From the NCBI GenBank assembly GCA_039024555.1, contig JBCCQQ010000007.1, positions 32,001 to 96,000 on the forward strand: 64,000 nt of DNA, in the 5' to 3' direction. How positions within the stretch are numbered: position 1 is the stretch's first letter; the number at the start of each line of letters is the position of its first letter. A program made the translations under genes and the position numbers. The notes beneath the pieces are model-generated. The model saw only the letters and a program-made list of their open reading frames with translations. It did no database searches and had not been told where the DNA came from. This document shows positions 10,587 through 19,302 of the stretch, one piece after another. This DNA is from Cyanobacteria bacterium P01_D01_bin.156. GTDB lineage: Bacteria > Cyanobacteriota > Cyanobacteriia > Phormidesmidales > Phormidesmidaceae.

Positions 10587-11837
10587 TCAGATTTGAGGAG
10601 GAACCGTAACTTCAAAGTGAATGTGATTATCATGACCAGCGGCCCTTCTACATAAGCCCTGAGCTATCAATTCCGGATCGTTGAAATAAAGTGTATTTTT
10701 ATTGACCCACGGCTGTGCTCGAAGTGCTTCAAGAATTGCTTTGGTAGCTGCTTGATCATAAACACCTTTGGTTCCCCACTCGATCTGTCCAAAGCTACCT
10801 CCTAGGCGAGGTAGCGCAATATCTCCAGCATTGCCGGTCTCATGACCATAATGGTCTAAGGTATCACCACCCTCAGGCAAACTCACGTCATTAATGGCAA
10901 TGAGCGCAACATTGGATCGATTTTTGCGATAAGCCAACTCATAATGAATACCCGCTGCACGAATAACATTGCTCATCCAATCAATGCCATAGTCATGGTG
11001 ATCATGTTTTTGCTCAATTACCTCAAAGTTATAAAAGCCGACTCCTCGGCCAGGCATCAACATCCATCGAGGAGCATTAGCAGCTTCTAAAAAACGTTGG
11101 GTTCTACCGCCTACATCTACACGCCCATCCATACCCTGTACAGAGGTTCTACCAGCCGTAACTGCCTGAAACAATCGAACGGCTGCCACTAATTTTTCAT
11201 AGTTTTTGTTGGCAAACGTATATCCCAGAGCAGCTAACCGTTCCCGAACCTGTTGAACATCGTTAGACCGGTTTGTTCCTCCTGAACCCACGCTAGCGCT
11301 CAGGTTTAGCTTTTTAGGCCCTGGATGACTCTCAATATAAGGCGTCACGGTAAGCGTGGTGATATCTGTTGCGCTGCCTACCACTACTCTCAGACGACGA
11401 ACTTGAGGCTTGGATACAGCAACAAAGACGGATTGGATTAACCAATGTTGCTTATCATTTACTGTTCCCCTAGCGGCAGGACGTGAGCTGTTGTCTATAA
11501 ACAACTCTACTGATTTGCCTACTAAGTCTTTACTGGCCGTACCAGCTATCTGATAGGGATGGTAAATCTTAACCTGACTAGGGGCTTTGGTAATTTTGAT
11601 GCCTTTGGGTTCAACGGTAGGGGGGACAGGCTCTGGCTCACTGACACCAGTACCTACCGACACTAGAAAAAATCCAGGGGGTTCATCTCCAGTGAGCCAT
11701 TTTTGCAGCTGTTCAGTTCTAAAAAAGGTTTCACCCTCTACCTGACCGGTATGGGGGGTCTTATCAATTTTTTGAAGGTAGTAAGCACCATCCATAAGAT
11801 AGACGGCCTTGTCGGTTTCCTTAATCCAAGTCCCCAT
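10587..11837 (-). CDS. Peptidoglycan-binding protein with C-terminal MepA-like (LAS family) Zn murein endopeptidase domain
   Basis: SVG.GG.N...DV..V..RL..LGY and DGRVDVGG.T (PG-binding). DVSLPEGG..HYGHETG..GD and GHDNHIH (Zn ligands). ATG 11837 is preceded by GGAGA. Confidence 0.75.
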   Translation of the reverse strand: MGTWIKETDKAVYLMDGAYYLQKIDKTPHTGQVEGETFFRTEQLQKWLTGDEPPGFFLVSVGTGVSEPEPVPPTVEPKGIKITKAPSQVKIYHPYQIAGTASKDLVGKSVELFIDNSSRPAARGTVNDKQHWLIQSVFVAVSKPQVRRLRVVVGSATDITTLTVTPYIESHPGPKKLNLSASVGSGGTNRSNDVQQVRERLAALGYTFANKNYEKLVAAVRLFQAVTAGRTSVQGMDGRVDVGGRTQRFLEAANAPRWMLMPGRGVGFYNFEVIEQKHDHHDYGIDWMSNVIRAAGIHYELAYRKNRSNVALIAINDVSLPEGGDTLDHYGHETGNAGDIALPRLGGSFGQIEWGTKGVYDQAATKAILEALRAQPWVNKNTLYFNDPELIAQGLCRRAAGHDNHIHFEVTVPPQI

Positions 11838-11899
11838 AATGTCTCCAGTGATATTGGTAGATGAGCCGCTTGCCACTATTGGGCTAGGATAGCGTACCC

Positions 11900-12038
11900 T
11901 CAGCCAAGAGCAAGGGGGATTTCAATGAAAAACTGTGTACCGGTATGGTCGATGAGGTTCACACTATATTTTTCCTTAGTGAGTTTCGGTAATAATCTTA
12001 TAGCTAATAGATAGCCCCAAGCCAGTCCCCTTGCCCAG
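11900..12038 (-). pseudogene. Decayed C-terminal fragment of a histidine kinase HATPase domain
   Basis: The minus strand reads LGKGTGLGLSISYKIITETH*GKI*CE, then after a frameshift TGTQFFIEIPL. Stops at 11976-11978 and 11964-11966. Confidence 0.8.
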
Positions 12039-12152
12039 GACTGATTCATTGTAGGAGCTGAGCAAATCCTCGTTTGGTTACTTGTTGACTTTGGCAGGAG
12101 GGGCAGTCCATTAGCCTGATAACAGTACTCCATCAGGAGTATATCGAGTCCT
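12037..12152 (-). mobile_element. Possible internally deleted IS remnant (IS1-like zinc-ribbon stub)
   Basis: Mini-ORF 12111-12046, MDCPSCQSQQVTKRGFAQLLQ, resembles the M.CP.C.S...K.G start of IS1-family transposases. Imperfect AGGACT...AGTCCT ends. Confidence 0.4.
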
Positions 12153-12281
12153 ATGTACAGAAGACCAATGCCAAATGTTCTGAATGTGCGTACCCAATGG
12201 ATGCTATGGGTAGATGGATTATGATTTTGTTGCGAATAGAAAATGTTTAGAAAGTAGCGTCTATGTAGAAGAAGCTGGCCT

Positions 12282-13733
12282 CTACTGGGCGGTCCAGAGT
12301 TGAGCACTTCGGGGGGTGAGAGTAAAGGTAAATGACTCGCTTGTGATCTCAATGGGGGGAGTTTTTGTCAAAATATCTTGATAAGGGTGAAACCACTTAA
12401 ACCTGGATTGAGTGTTTACGGTAATGGTCTTGGGAATACCACATTTATTGATAGCTCCAATGCCAGCTTGTTCTCGTCGCCATAGCAGCGTGCATGGGTC
12501 TGCGTGAAGTATCTCCATGGAAGTGCCTTGCATTTGATTATGGAATCTGATCATATGAATCATGCGATCGTGATTCCAAACATTCTGCCAGCGACCATTA
12601 TCAATCTGGCCAAAGGGTGGAGGTGCCGTAGTGCCATCGTCAAACACCATAGGGGTACCTCCATCTCTCCCCATGATGTAGGCATAGGCTAGATCTTCAT
12701 CAACGGGATCGAATATTAAAGAGCGAAAAGGCTCATTGTAAGGAATATCGTGGGTTGTTACGACGGTTACAGCCCGGTGATTCTCCAGGGCATTACCTGT
12801 ATCGAAGGGATATGCAATATGTGATAGGGGCTGACCATAGCTAAATGCGGTTTTCATGGCATTTAACAAGGGAAAGTCATAGGCAGCGAACTCTGATGGC
12901 AGTTCTTTTAAGTACGGTTCTAAAAACACATTGTAGGCATGGTCGTTGCTTCCCCCTGCAGTAATAATCTCTGCAAACACGTGAGAGTTCTTAGCCACAT
13001 CCTCAGGAATAAAATAGCGAATTGCATCGTTGGGCATATGCTTAGCCGCATCAATGCGAAACCCTCGCACACCCAGTTCATATAGTGCCTGGACATACTG
13101 TTTTCGCTGCTCAAGTACCCAGGTCTCATCAGGTAATGTATCTCTTAAGTCAGGTAATCCTGGATCATTGTCTGCGCCACAAATTCGTCCTTGGATAACC
13201 TCATTACGGTCGCCGTAGTTGCGAATACAGTAGGGAGAATGAAAATCATGGGAGGAAAACAACCCATGCTCCAAGTTTCCATATAACCGTTGCTTTGCCC
13301 AATAGTTAGCGTCATTGGCATATTGTTGTAGCGTAGCTTGTCCTGGAAATGTAGTAGATGCGTCACGCTCGTTGGCCATGTGATTAACAACTACATCGGC
13401 ATAGGTCCTGACATTGACTTTGGATAAGGCTTCAATCATGGCAATAAAATCCTCTTTATTGCCATCACAGTTTTGAATTACCCGTAGGTCTTGTGGTTGA
13501 TATCGTTGATACCAATAGCATTGGGGGGTAATGGGAGACTTAACAGGAGGCGTGACCAAGACCGCGCCATAGCCAGCTTCGGCAATTTCTGCCGCTCGAG
13601 CAGCTACTGTGTTGTAGCTCCAATCAAACGCATGGAGGATAACGGTGTTTTCCCCGCTAGGTTGTGGGGGAAACACTAGGGGAATAGATACTGCTATGAG
13701 GGCAAGCAAAAAAGTAACTAAAGAGCGAAACAT
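12282..13733 (-). CDS. Alpha-amylase (GH13) with N-terminal signal peptide
   Basis: ILHAFDW, WYQRYQP, DVVVNH, GLPDL, GFRIDAAKH (nucleophile), FAEII (acid/base) and TTHD. Confidence 0.92.
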   Translation of the reverse strand: MFRSLVTFLLALIAVSIPLVFPPQPSGENTVILHAFDWSYNTVAARAAEIAEAGYGAVLVTPPVKSPITPQCYWYQRYQPQDLRVIQNCDGNKEDFIAMIEALSKVNVRTYADVVVNHMANERDASTTFPGQATLQQYANDANYWAKQRLYGNLEHGLFSSHDFHSPYCIRNYGDRNEVIQGRICGADNDPGLPDLRDTLPDETWVLEQRKQYVQALYELGVRGFRIDAAKHMPNDAIRYFIPEDVAKNSHVFAEIITAGGSNDHAYNVFLEPYLKELPSEFAAYDFPLLNAMKTAFSYGQPLSHIAYPFDTGNALENHRAVTVVTTHDIPYNEPFRSLIFDPVDEDLAYAYIMGRDGGTPMVFDDGTTAPPPFGQIDNGRWQNVWNHDRMIHMIRFHNQMQGTSMEILHADPCTLLWRREQAGIGAINKCGIPKTITVNTQSRFKWFHPYQDILTKTPPIEITSESFTFTLTPRSAQLWTAQ

Positions 13734-14050
13734 AGCAGCCAGAAAATCACAATTTCGATTATGCTAAACCACTGCTAATTTCAAGGTTATCATCGTGAAT
13801 AAACTCTTCAAATTCTAGGTTCTGGAAGAACAGATGGTACATTATCAGAACTAAGGAATTAAGCTTTGATAAGTTCTTGATCTTGGGCTTTCAATTCTAA
13901 GTTGTTATTGCAACTGCACGCTTAGAGCTTATAACTGACTCGTTCCTGAGTGGTTTACTTTTTATAACCTGGTGGAGAGGGCTAATTTTTCCTAGTGATG
14001 CTGGGATAATCAACCATCTCTAATCACAGAGATATTTTTCAGGGTCGCTG

Positions 14051-16156
14051 ATGAGTTTATGCATTAATCCCAATTGTTCTCGCCCCGATCACCCACGCAA
14101 CAGTGAGTCAAGTACCTGTCAAGCCTGTGGAACAGCCTTGGTGTTAGAAGGTCGCTATCGTGTGATGCGGTTGCTAAGCAGCCAAACTGGTTTTGGCACA
14201 GTGTATGAAGCCTATGAGCGAGATGTGCCTAGGGTTTTAAAGATTCTACGACCTGAACATAGCGGTATCCCCAAAATCTTGGCCATGTTTCAGCATGAGG
14301 CTGAGGTCCTGAGTCAGTTACGCCATCCGGGAGTGCCCTTTGTTGAAGCGGATGGATATTTTACGATTACGCCACCCAGTAGCGCCGTGATCCTGCACTG
14401 CATTGTGATGGAGAAAATTGATGGTGTTGATCTAACTCAATGGATGCAGCAGCAGGGGCATCATCCGATTCAGGAACGGCAAGCGATCGCATGGCTAACT
14501 CAGCTGGTTAAGATTTTGGACCAGTTACACTGCAACAGTTATTTTCACCGGGACATTAAACCCCAAAATGTCATGCTGCGCACTAGTGGGCAGTTAGCTT
14601 TGGTGGATTTTGGGGCGGCTCGCGAGGTGACACAAACTTACCTAGCCCAGGTTAGTCGAGGGGGCGTGGCTACCGCTATTAGTTCAGCTGGCTATACGCC
14701 TCCAGAACAGGAACATGGACAGGCTGTACCCCAGTCAGATTTTTATGCGTTAGGGCGCACTTTCATTTATCTGCTGACAGCTAAATCCCCAACCGATACA
14801 GCCTTGTATGATTCTTTGCGCAATCGTTTTGATTGGCGATCCCATGCTCCCAATATTTCAGAAGGTCTGGCAGATTTATTAGATAGTATGACGGCCTCGC
14901 GGGCGATTGCTCGCCCCGCCAATGCCCAAGAGATTTTAGGGCGTTTAGACCAATTAGCCGCGTCAAGGTGCGGGCAGGTAGGTCAATCCTACTTTCCGGA
15001 AACCTCTATGCCCAAGGTTTATTCTGCGACCAATGATGTCTCTACGGCAGGAATTTCTGCTAACGGTGCCACAAATTTGCAGATGGGAATTACTACACCA
15101 TCCTGGCGGACATTGCCGAAGACGATGTTTAGGCCAAAACGACGGTGGTCGCTCAAAGCGATAGGTGTTCTGGGGGGATTTTTGTTGGCTGCAAGCGCGA
15201 TCGCACTTTATCGTTATTCATTTTTAGAACGGGCTTCAATATCCCAAACAGCGGTTGCCCAGGCCGGGGTGCAATTACAACGCACACTGCCGAATCATAG
15301 CAGCACTATTAATGACCTACTGATATTTGTTGACGGACTACGGATGGTGAGTGCGAGTGCCGACAAAACGATTCGGCTGTGGGATTTAACCACGGGACAA
15401 CTTCTACAGACCTGGGACAACCAAAGTAGCTTTGTAAATACGATTTTGCTGAGTCACGATGAGACCCGTCTCTACAGTGGCAATGCTGATGGTTCATTGC
15501 GTAGTTGGGTGGTTGCTAACGGTACCCAACTTTGGCAAAACTCCATGGCCCACCAGGGACCGATTAATGCCCTAACCCGCACTCCCGACGGTCAACAATT
15601 ACTCAGTGCCGGGGCCGATGGCATTATCCATATTTGGCAAGCCAGTACCGGCAAAATGCTGCGTTCCATCGATACTGGTCAAGGGACAATCAACAGTCTG
15701 GTGATAACGTCTGATCGCCGGTACCTCATCACTGGGGGGAGCGATCGCACCATCCGCGTTTGGGATTTTGCCACCGGCAAAGCAGAACGTAAACTAACCG
15801 ATCATGACAGCTTTATCAATGCTTTGGCCATTAGCCCCGATGGACGCTTTTTGTTTAGCGCCAGTGCCGATGGCACCGTCCGCCAATGGCGTATTGAAAC
15901 AGGTAAGCTGCTGAAAACTTTAGTCGGTCACTCCAGCTACGTAAACGATATTGTGTTTAGCCGCGATGGTCGTACCTTAAGTACTGGTAGTGCCGACAAG
16001 ACAGTGCGTATTTGGAATGTGGAAACAGGTGTTGCAGAGCAGGTGATAACAGGGTTCAACATGTTTATCGATCATTTGCTGGTGTTGCCAACGGCGCAAA
16101 TTGTGACCGCCAGCGAAGCTGCATCGACGATTAAAATTTGGCAAGTGAGTCAATAA
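14051..16156 (+). CDS. Hanks-type Ser/Thr kinase with 4-Cys prefix, transmembrane helix and WD40 repeats
   Basis: CINPNC..CQAC prefix, GFG.VY, HRDIKPQN, DFG and GYTPPE. About seven WD40 repeats (SASADKTIRLWD). Confidence 0.93.
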   Translation: MSLCINPNCSRPDHPRNSESSTCQACGTALVLEGRYRVMRLLSSQTGFGTVYEAYERDVPRVLKILRPEHSGIPKILAMFQHEAEVLSQLRHPGVPFVEADGYFTITPPSSAVILHCIVMEKIDGVDLTQWMQQQGHHPIQERQAIAWLTQLVKILDQLHCNSYFHRDIKPQNVMLRTSGQLALVDFGAAREVTQTYLAQVSRGGVATAISSAGYTPPEQEHGQAVPQSDFYALGRTFIYLLTAKSPTDTALYDSLRNRFDWRSHAPNISEGLADLLDSMTASRAIARPANAQEILGRLDQLAASRCGQVGQSYFPETSMPKVYSATNDVSTAGISANGATNLQMGITTPSWRTLPKTMFRPKRRWSLKAIGVLGGFLLAASAIALYRYSFLERASISQTAVAQAGVQLQRTLPNHSSTINDLLIFVDGLRMVSASADKTIRLWDLTTGQLLQTWDNQSSFVNTILLSHDETRLYSGNADGSLRSWVVANGTQLWQNSMAHQGPINALTRTPDGQQLLSAGADGIIHIWQASTGKMLRSIDTGQGTINSLVITSDRRYLITGGSDRTIRVWDFATGKAERKLTDHDSFINALAISPDGRFLFSASADGTVRQWRIETGKLLKTLVGHSSYVNDIVFSRDGRTLSTGSADKTVRIWNVETGVAEQVITGFNMFIDHLLVLPTAQIVTASEAASTIKIWQVSQ

Positions 16157-16196
16157 ACTGGGTATCAACCTAAGCCGAGAAATCTTGGCTGGGAGT

Positions 16197-16232
16197 GAAT
16201 TCGGAAGGCAGAATTCGGAAGGCAGAAAGGCA
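16197..16232. repeat. Short tandem repeat (GAATTCGGAAGGCA x2 plus a partial copy)
   Basis: Exact 14-bp copies at 16197-16210 and 16211-16224, then GAAAGGCA. Confidence 0.75.
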
Positions 16233-16342
16233 GGGCACTACTCCGAACTTTGAACTATGATTGCCGTAGGAAAGCTTTTTGCTTTGTGTTGGTGACCAAG
16301 CCATCAGCCATGTCTGATTGAACTGCGGATGTACAGTCCCCT

Positions 16343-16885
16343 TCAATCTCCCCCTTTTATGGAAGCTGCTGAGGCCAATATTTCAGCCCCTGAGCGCATC
16401 TGCCCAATGTCTGCCTCCGACCATGCTTTGGTTGCTCGGCAATGGTGGGCAACTAATAACCCCCATAATCCTTGCTCCGTTAATATGGGCACTACCAAAT
16501 TGGCCCGAACGTGTAAGTGTCTAAGAAAGTCACGGTGGCAAGGCTCAATGGCGGCTGTTTCAATATCTGAGATCGCGCTGACTCGGCCTGATAAATACAG
16601 CTCAGCATACTCACTGCTAAAGCACTGGTCTGGTCCAGTGGACCCATAGATGGAGAACTCTCCTGAACTCAAGGCTTCAAAGGTTACCTGACCTTCCCAT
16701 TGAGTGTAAAAATAATAGAGCACGACCCGATCCACCTGGAGAAAATTCCGGATATCGTCAGTGGTACTTTGCACCAGCTGATCGCGCTGCATGCTCTCGC
16801 CCAGACGCCGCAGTATAGAGCGCATAGCGCCTACTTCCGAACTGAGTCGCCGAGTATGGATATCTGGATCAAACTGCGTTGACAT
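16343..16885 (-). CDS. Stand-alone GAF protein, DXCF-type cyanobacteriochrome
   Basis: LQVDRVVLYYF, PDQCF, EPCHRDFL, VRANLVVP and LWGLLVAHHC. No output domain. Confidence 0.88.
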   Translation of the reverse strand: MSTQFDPDIHTRRLSSEVGAMRSILRRLGESMQRDQLVQSTTDDIRNFLQVDRVVLYYFYTQWEGQVTFEALSSGEFSIYGSTGPDQCFSSEYAELYLSGRVSAISDIETAAIEPCHRDFLRHLHVRANLVVPILTEQGLWGLLVAHHCRATKAWSEADIGQMRSGAEILASAASIKGGD

Positions 16886-17122
16886 AGGAATGCAGTACTC
16901 CTCAGCATCCCTTCCCTTTTACCACTTGCTGTAGAAATACATTTGCTTATTCACAGAATCTTAAACCTCGCTACTTATTGCTACGTGAGATCGCTCATAT
17001 TGTGGACTTGTGCATAAATCTATGGGTTCTATTGAATTTGTTGTAGACGAAGAGGTGTAATTTTCAGGCAAACCACCGCGTCAGAGATAATGGCTGTTTT
17101 TTAAGATTTGAAAAACAATATC

Positions 17123-17932
17123 CTATAAAGAATAGTCACGTAAGTCTGCTTCTGAATTACCCTCTAGATAGATCACACCTTGCACATTGTTTTGTTCAAT
17201 GGGCTCTAACCAAACAAAGCTGTTGGTCTTATTATAGTTTTCTAATGATTCTTGCTGACCTTCAAAAGCATTGCTAATAAGCTCTTCCAACCGCTTGGCA
17301 ACAAAGAGACGTTCAAATGGGATCTCATTCTCACTTTGATTGTCAGGTACAGAATACCGAGTCTGGTTATTGTAATACCACAGAGCATCTGTATCAGATG
17401 GATCGGGTAAGTAAAGCGTTGCTGACCAAACTAGCTCTGAACGGGTCAATGTTTCAAATGCCTGTTGTAACTGAGAAGAGGCTGTAGGCGCTGCCAGATC
17501 GGATGGCAAAAAACTAGCGATCTTTGGTGATAGTTGCTGAGTTTGTTGCTGTACTAGCTGGCGAAATACTCCCTGACGATGCTCTTGGACACCGGCATTT
17601 ACTAAACTCAGGGCGATCAACAATCCTACTAGCGCAGAAACGCCTAGCACACTGCGTTTCGCAAAGTAACCAAGGCGAGGTGGTGGCGGTAAAACTCTCC
17701 CCTCGTGGGAAGCACGCATAATCTCCACAATTTCTAGTAAACCTAGAACAAAACTCAGCGCTATCCCTACACCTGCCAGCACCAAACAAGAAAAAAATAC
17801 GCCATACAGAAAATTTTCGACACTTTGGCTAAAAATATTCCAGCCTAAAAAAGCGTCAAATAACCCTACAATCACCAATACAGCACCAATGGAAAGCAAA
17901 ATAGCCGTGGTGCGAATTACAAGTCGAATCAT
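17123..17932 (-). CDS. Hypothetical membrane protein (three N-terminal TM helices + soluble domain)
   Basis: 269-aa ORF with ATG start and clear hydrophobic segments. No family recognised. Confidence 0.7.
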   Translation of the reverse strand: MIRLVIRTTAILLSIGAVLVIVGLFDAFLGWNIFSQSVENFLYGVFFSCLVLAGVGIALSFVLGLLEIVEIMRASHEGRVLPPPPRLGYFAKRSVLGVSALVGLLIALSLVNAGVQEHRQGVFRQLVQQQTQQLSPKIASFLPSDLAAPTASSQLQQAFETLTRSELVWSATLYLPDPSDTDALWYYNNQTRYSVPDNQSENEIPFERLFVAKRLEELISNAFEGQQESLENYNKTNSFVWLEPIEQNNVQGVIYLEGNSEADLRDYSL

Positions 17933-18138
17933 TCTGTAACTTTTTGAATCATTTTAAATACACTTCTATACCTTCAAAACGATCCATTAAGGTTCTTGAC
18001 TACTTTAGGCCTCTCCCTCAGGAGAAATCTAAAGGAATACGCATAAAAACGAGGTTGCATCAGTCAGTTACAACATACTGATGGTCATGACAAAACTGTC
18101 GCAGACAGTCAACGTTACGGTTTGGCAGAAGGTTTCCC

Positions 18139-19020
18139 ATGGAATTCAAGCAGCTTATTCTTTTAGGGCCTCCCGGTATTCAGCTTCAGGGCCAGGCGAA
18201 GGCCCTGGCTGGCCGCTGGCATATTCCCCATGTGTCTATGGGGCGACTAATTCAGGATGCAATTGGTAAACAATCCACCATTGGTATAGACATCACTGCT
18301 TATATAGAAGCAGGAGAGCCAGTGCCAGATGCATTAATGATGAAGCTGCTGCGAAAGCGGCTAGAGCAGCCGGATACGATGCTTCAGGGCTATGTTCTAG
18401 AAGGGTTTCCTTGCACATTGGCCCAGGCGGAGGCATTAAATGAATGGTTGGCCAAAGTCGGTCAGCCAGCAGCGACAGTTGCCTACCTAAAAGCAATGAC
18501 TGGGTTGTTGATTGATCGGCTATCTAGGGAAAATGCATCCCTGCCAGAGATTCGCCGTCAGTTAGCACAGCACAAGGAAGCTGTGGCACCGTTGCTAAAC
18601 TACTATGCGCAACAAAAGCAGCTGACAACTATCAACGCCAGTAAGTCTAAAGCTGAAATTACCCAGGCATTGGCAGAACTATTTGAGCAAGAAACGGGAG
18701 CCGCCGATTTTATTCAGAATGAGTCGGAACTGAATGCTCTTTTGGCAAGAGAGCCCTTGTTGGTGGTGGACTGTATGGCCTCTTGGTGTGGGTCTTGCAA
18801 GCTAGTGACGCCGCTGATCGATCAGTTGGCTGATGCCTATCGGGATCGGGTAAATGTGAGAAAGCTCGATTTTGACTCAAATAAGCAGGTAAAACAGCGA
18901 TTTGGGTTAAAGGGAATGCCTGCAGTTATGTTTTTTAAAGGGGGAGAGCTAGTAGAAATCCTAACTGGGGTAAAACCCTATCAGGCGTACAATGCCACCG
19001 TTGCTCATCTCTTGGATTAG
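18139..19020 (+). CDS. Adenylate-kinase-like domain (degenerate P-loop) fused to thioredoxin
   Basis: LILLGPPG, PHVSMG.L, G..VPD and GYVLEGFP.T..QA resemble adenylate kinase. C-terminal VVDCMASWCGSC and GMP...FKGG are thioredoxin motifs. Confidence 0.88.
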   Translation: MEFKQLILLGPPGIQLQGQAKALAGRWHIPHVSMGRLIQDAIGKQSTIGIDITAYIEAGEPVPDALMMKLLRKRLEQPDTMLQGYVLEGFPCTLAQAEALNEWLAKVGQPAATVAYLKAMTGLLIDRLSRENASLPEIRRQLAQHKEAVAPLLNYYAQQKQLTTINASKSKAEITQALAELFEQETGAADFIQNESELNALLAREPLLVVDCMASWCGSCKLVTPLIDQLADAYRDRVNVRKLDFDSNKQVKQRFGLKGMPAVMFFKGGELVEILTGVKPYQAYNATVAHLLD

Positions 19021-19302
19021 AGTCCTTATTCTTCAAGGATGATTTTAATAGCGTCCAACTCACGACATATATTTTTGAATGAAGATAGATGCCTGGGTCA
19101 ACGTTAGAACATGTCCAGTAAAGAAGTTAACGGGTATCCAGTCCTCCTAAGTCCCACAGTTTGGGAGCTTTGACTCTTATCTACTGAAGGATTGGGCGGT
19201 TAGAGAGTATTCAACTATTACAGTCTTGCCGAGAAAACACCCTGCCTCCTACTGTTGTTATTTAATAATCTCTTGCTAAGTCTTTAACAGATATTCAGCC
19301 AC

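Noticed and set aside
11900..12352. 150-aa minus-strand ORF in the track
   Set aside because: It overlaps the amylase end and runs through non-coding DNA, an IS-like stub and the last codons of a kinase pseudogene. It is not a coherent protein.
19143..19208. Possible decayed copy of a cyanobacterial CCCCC/GGGGG palindromic dispersed repeat
   Set aside because: Too degenerate to support without a genome-wide search, and there is only one copy in the window.
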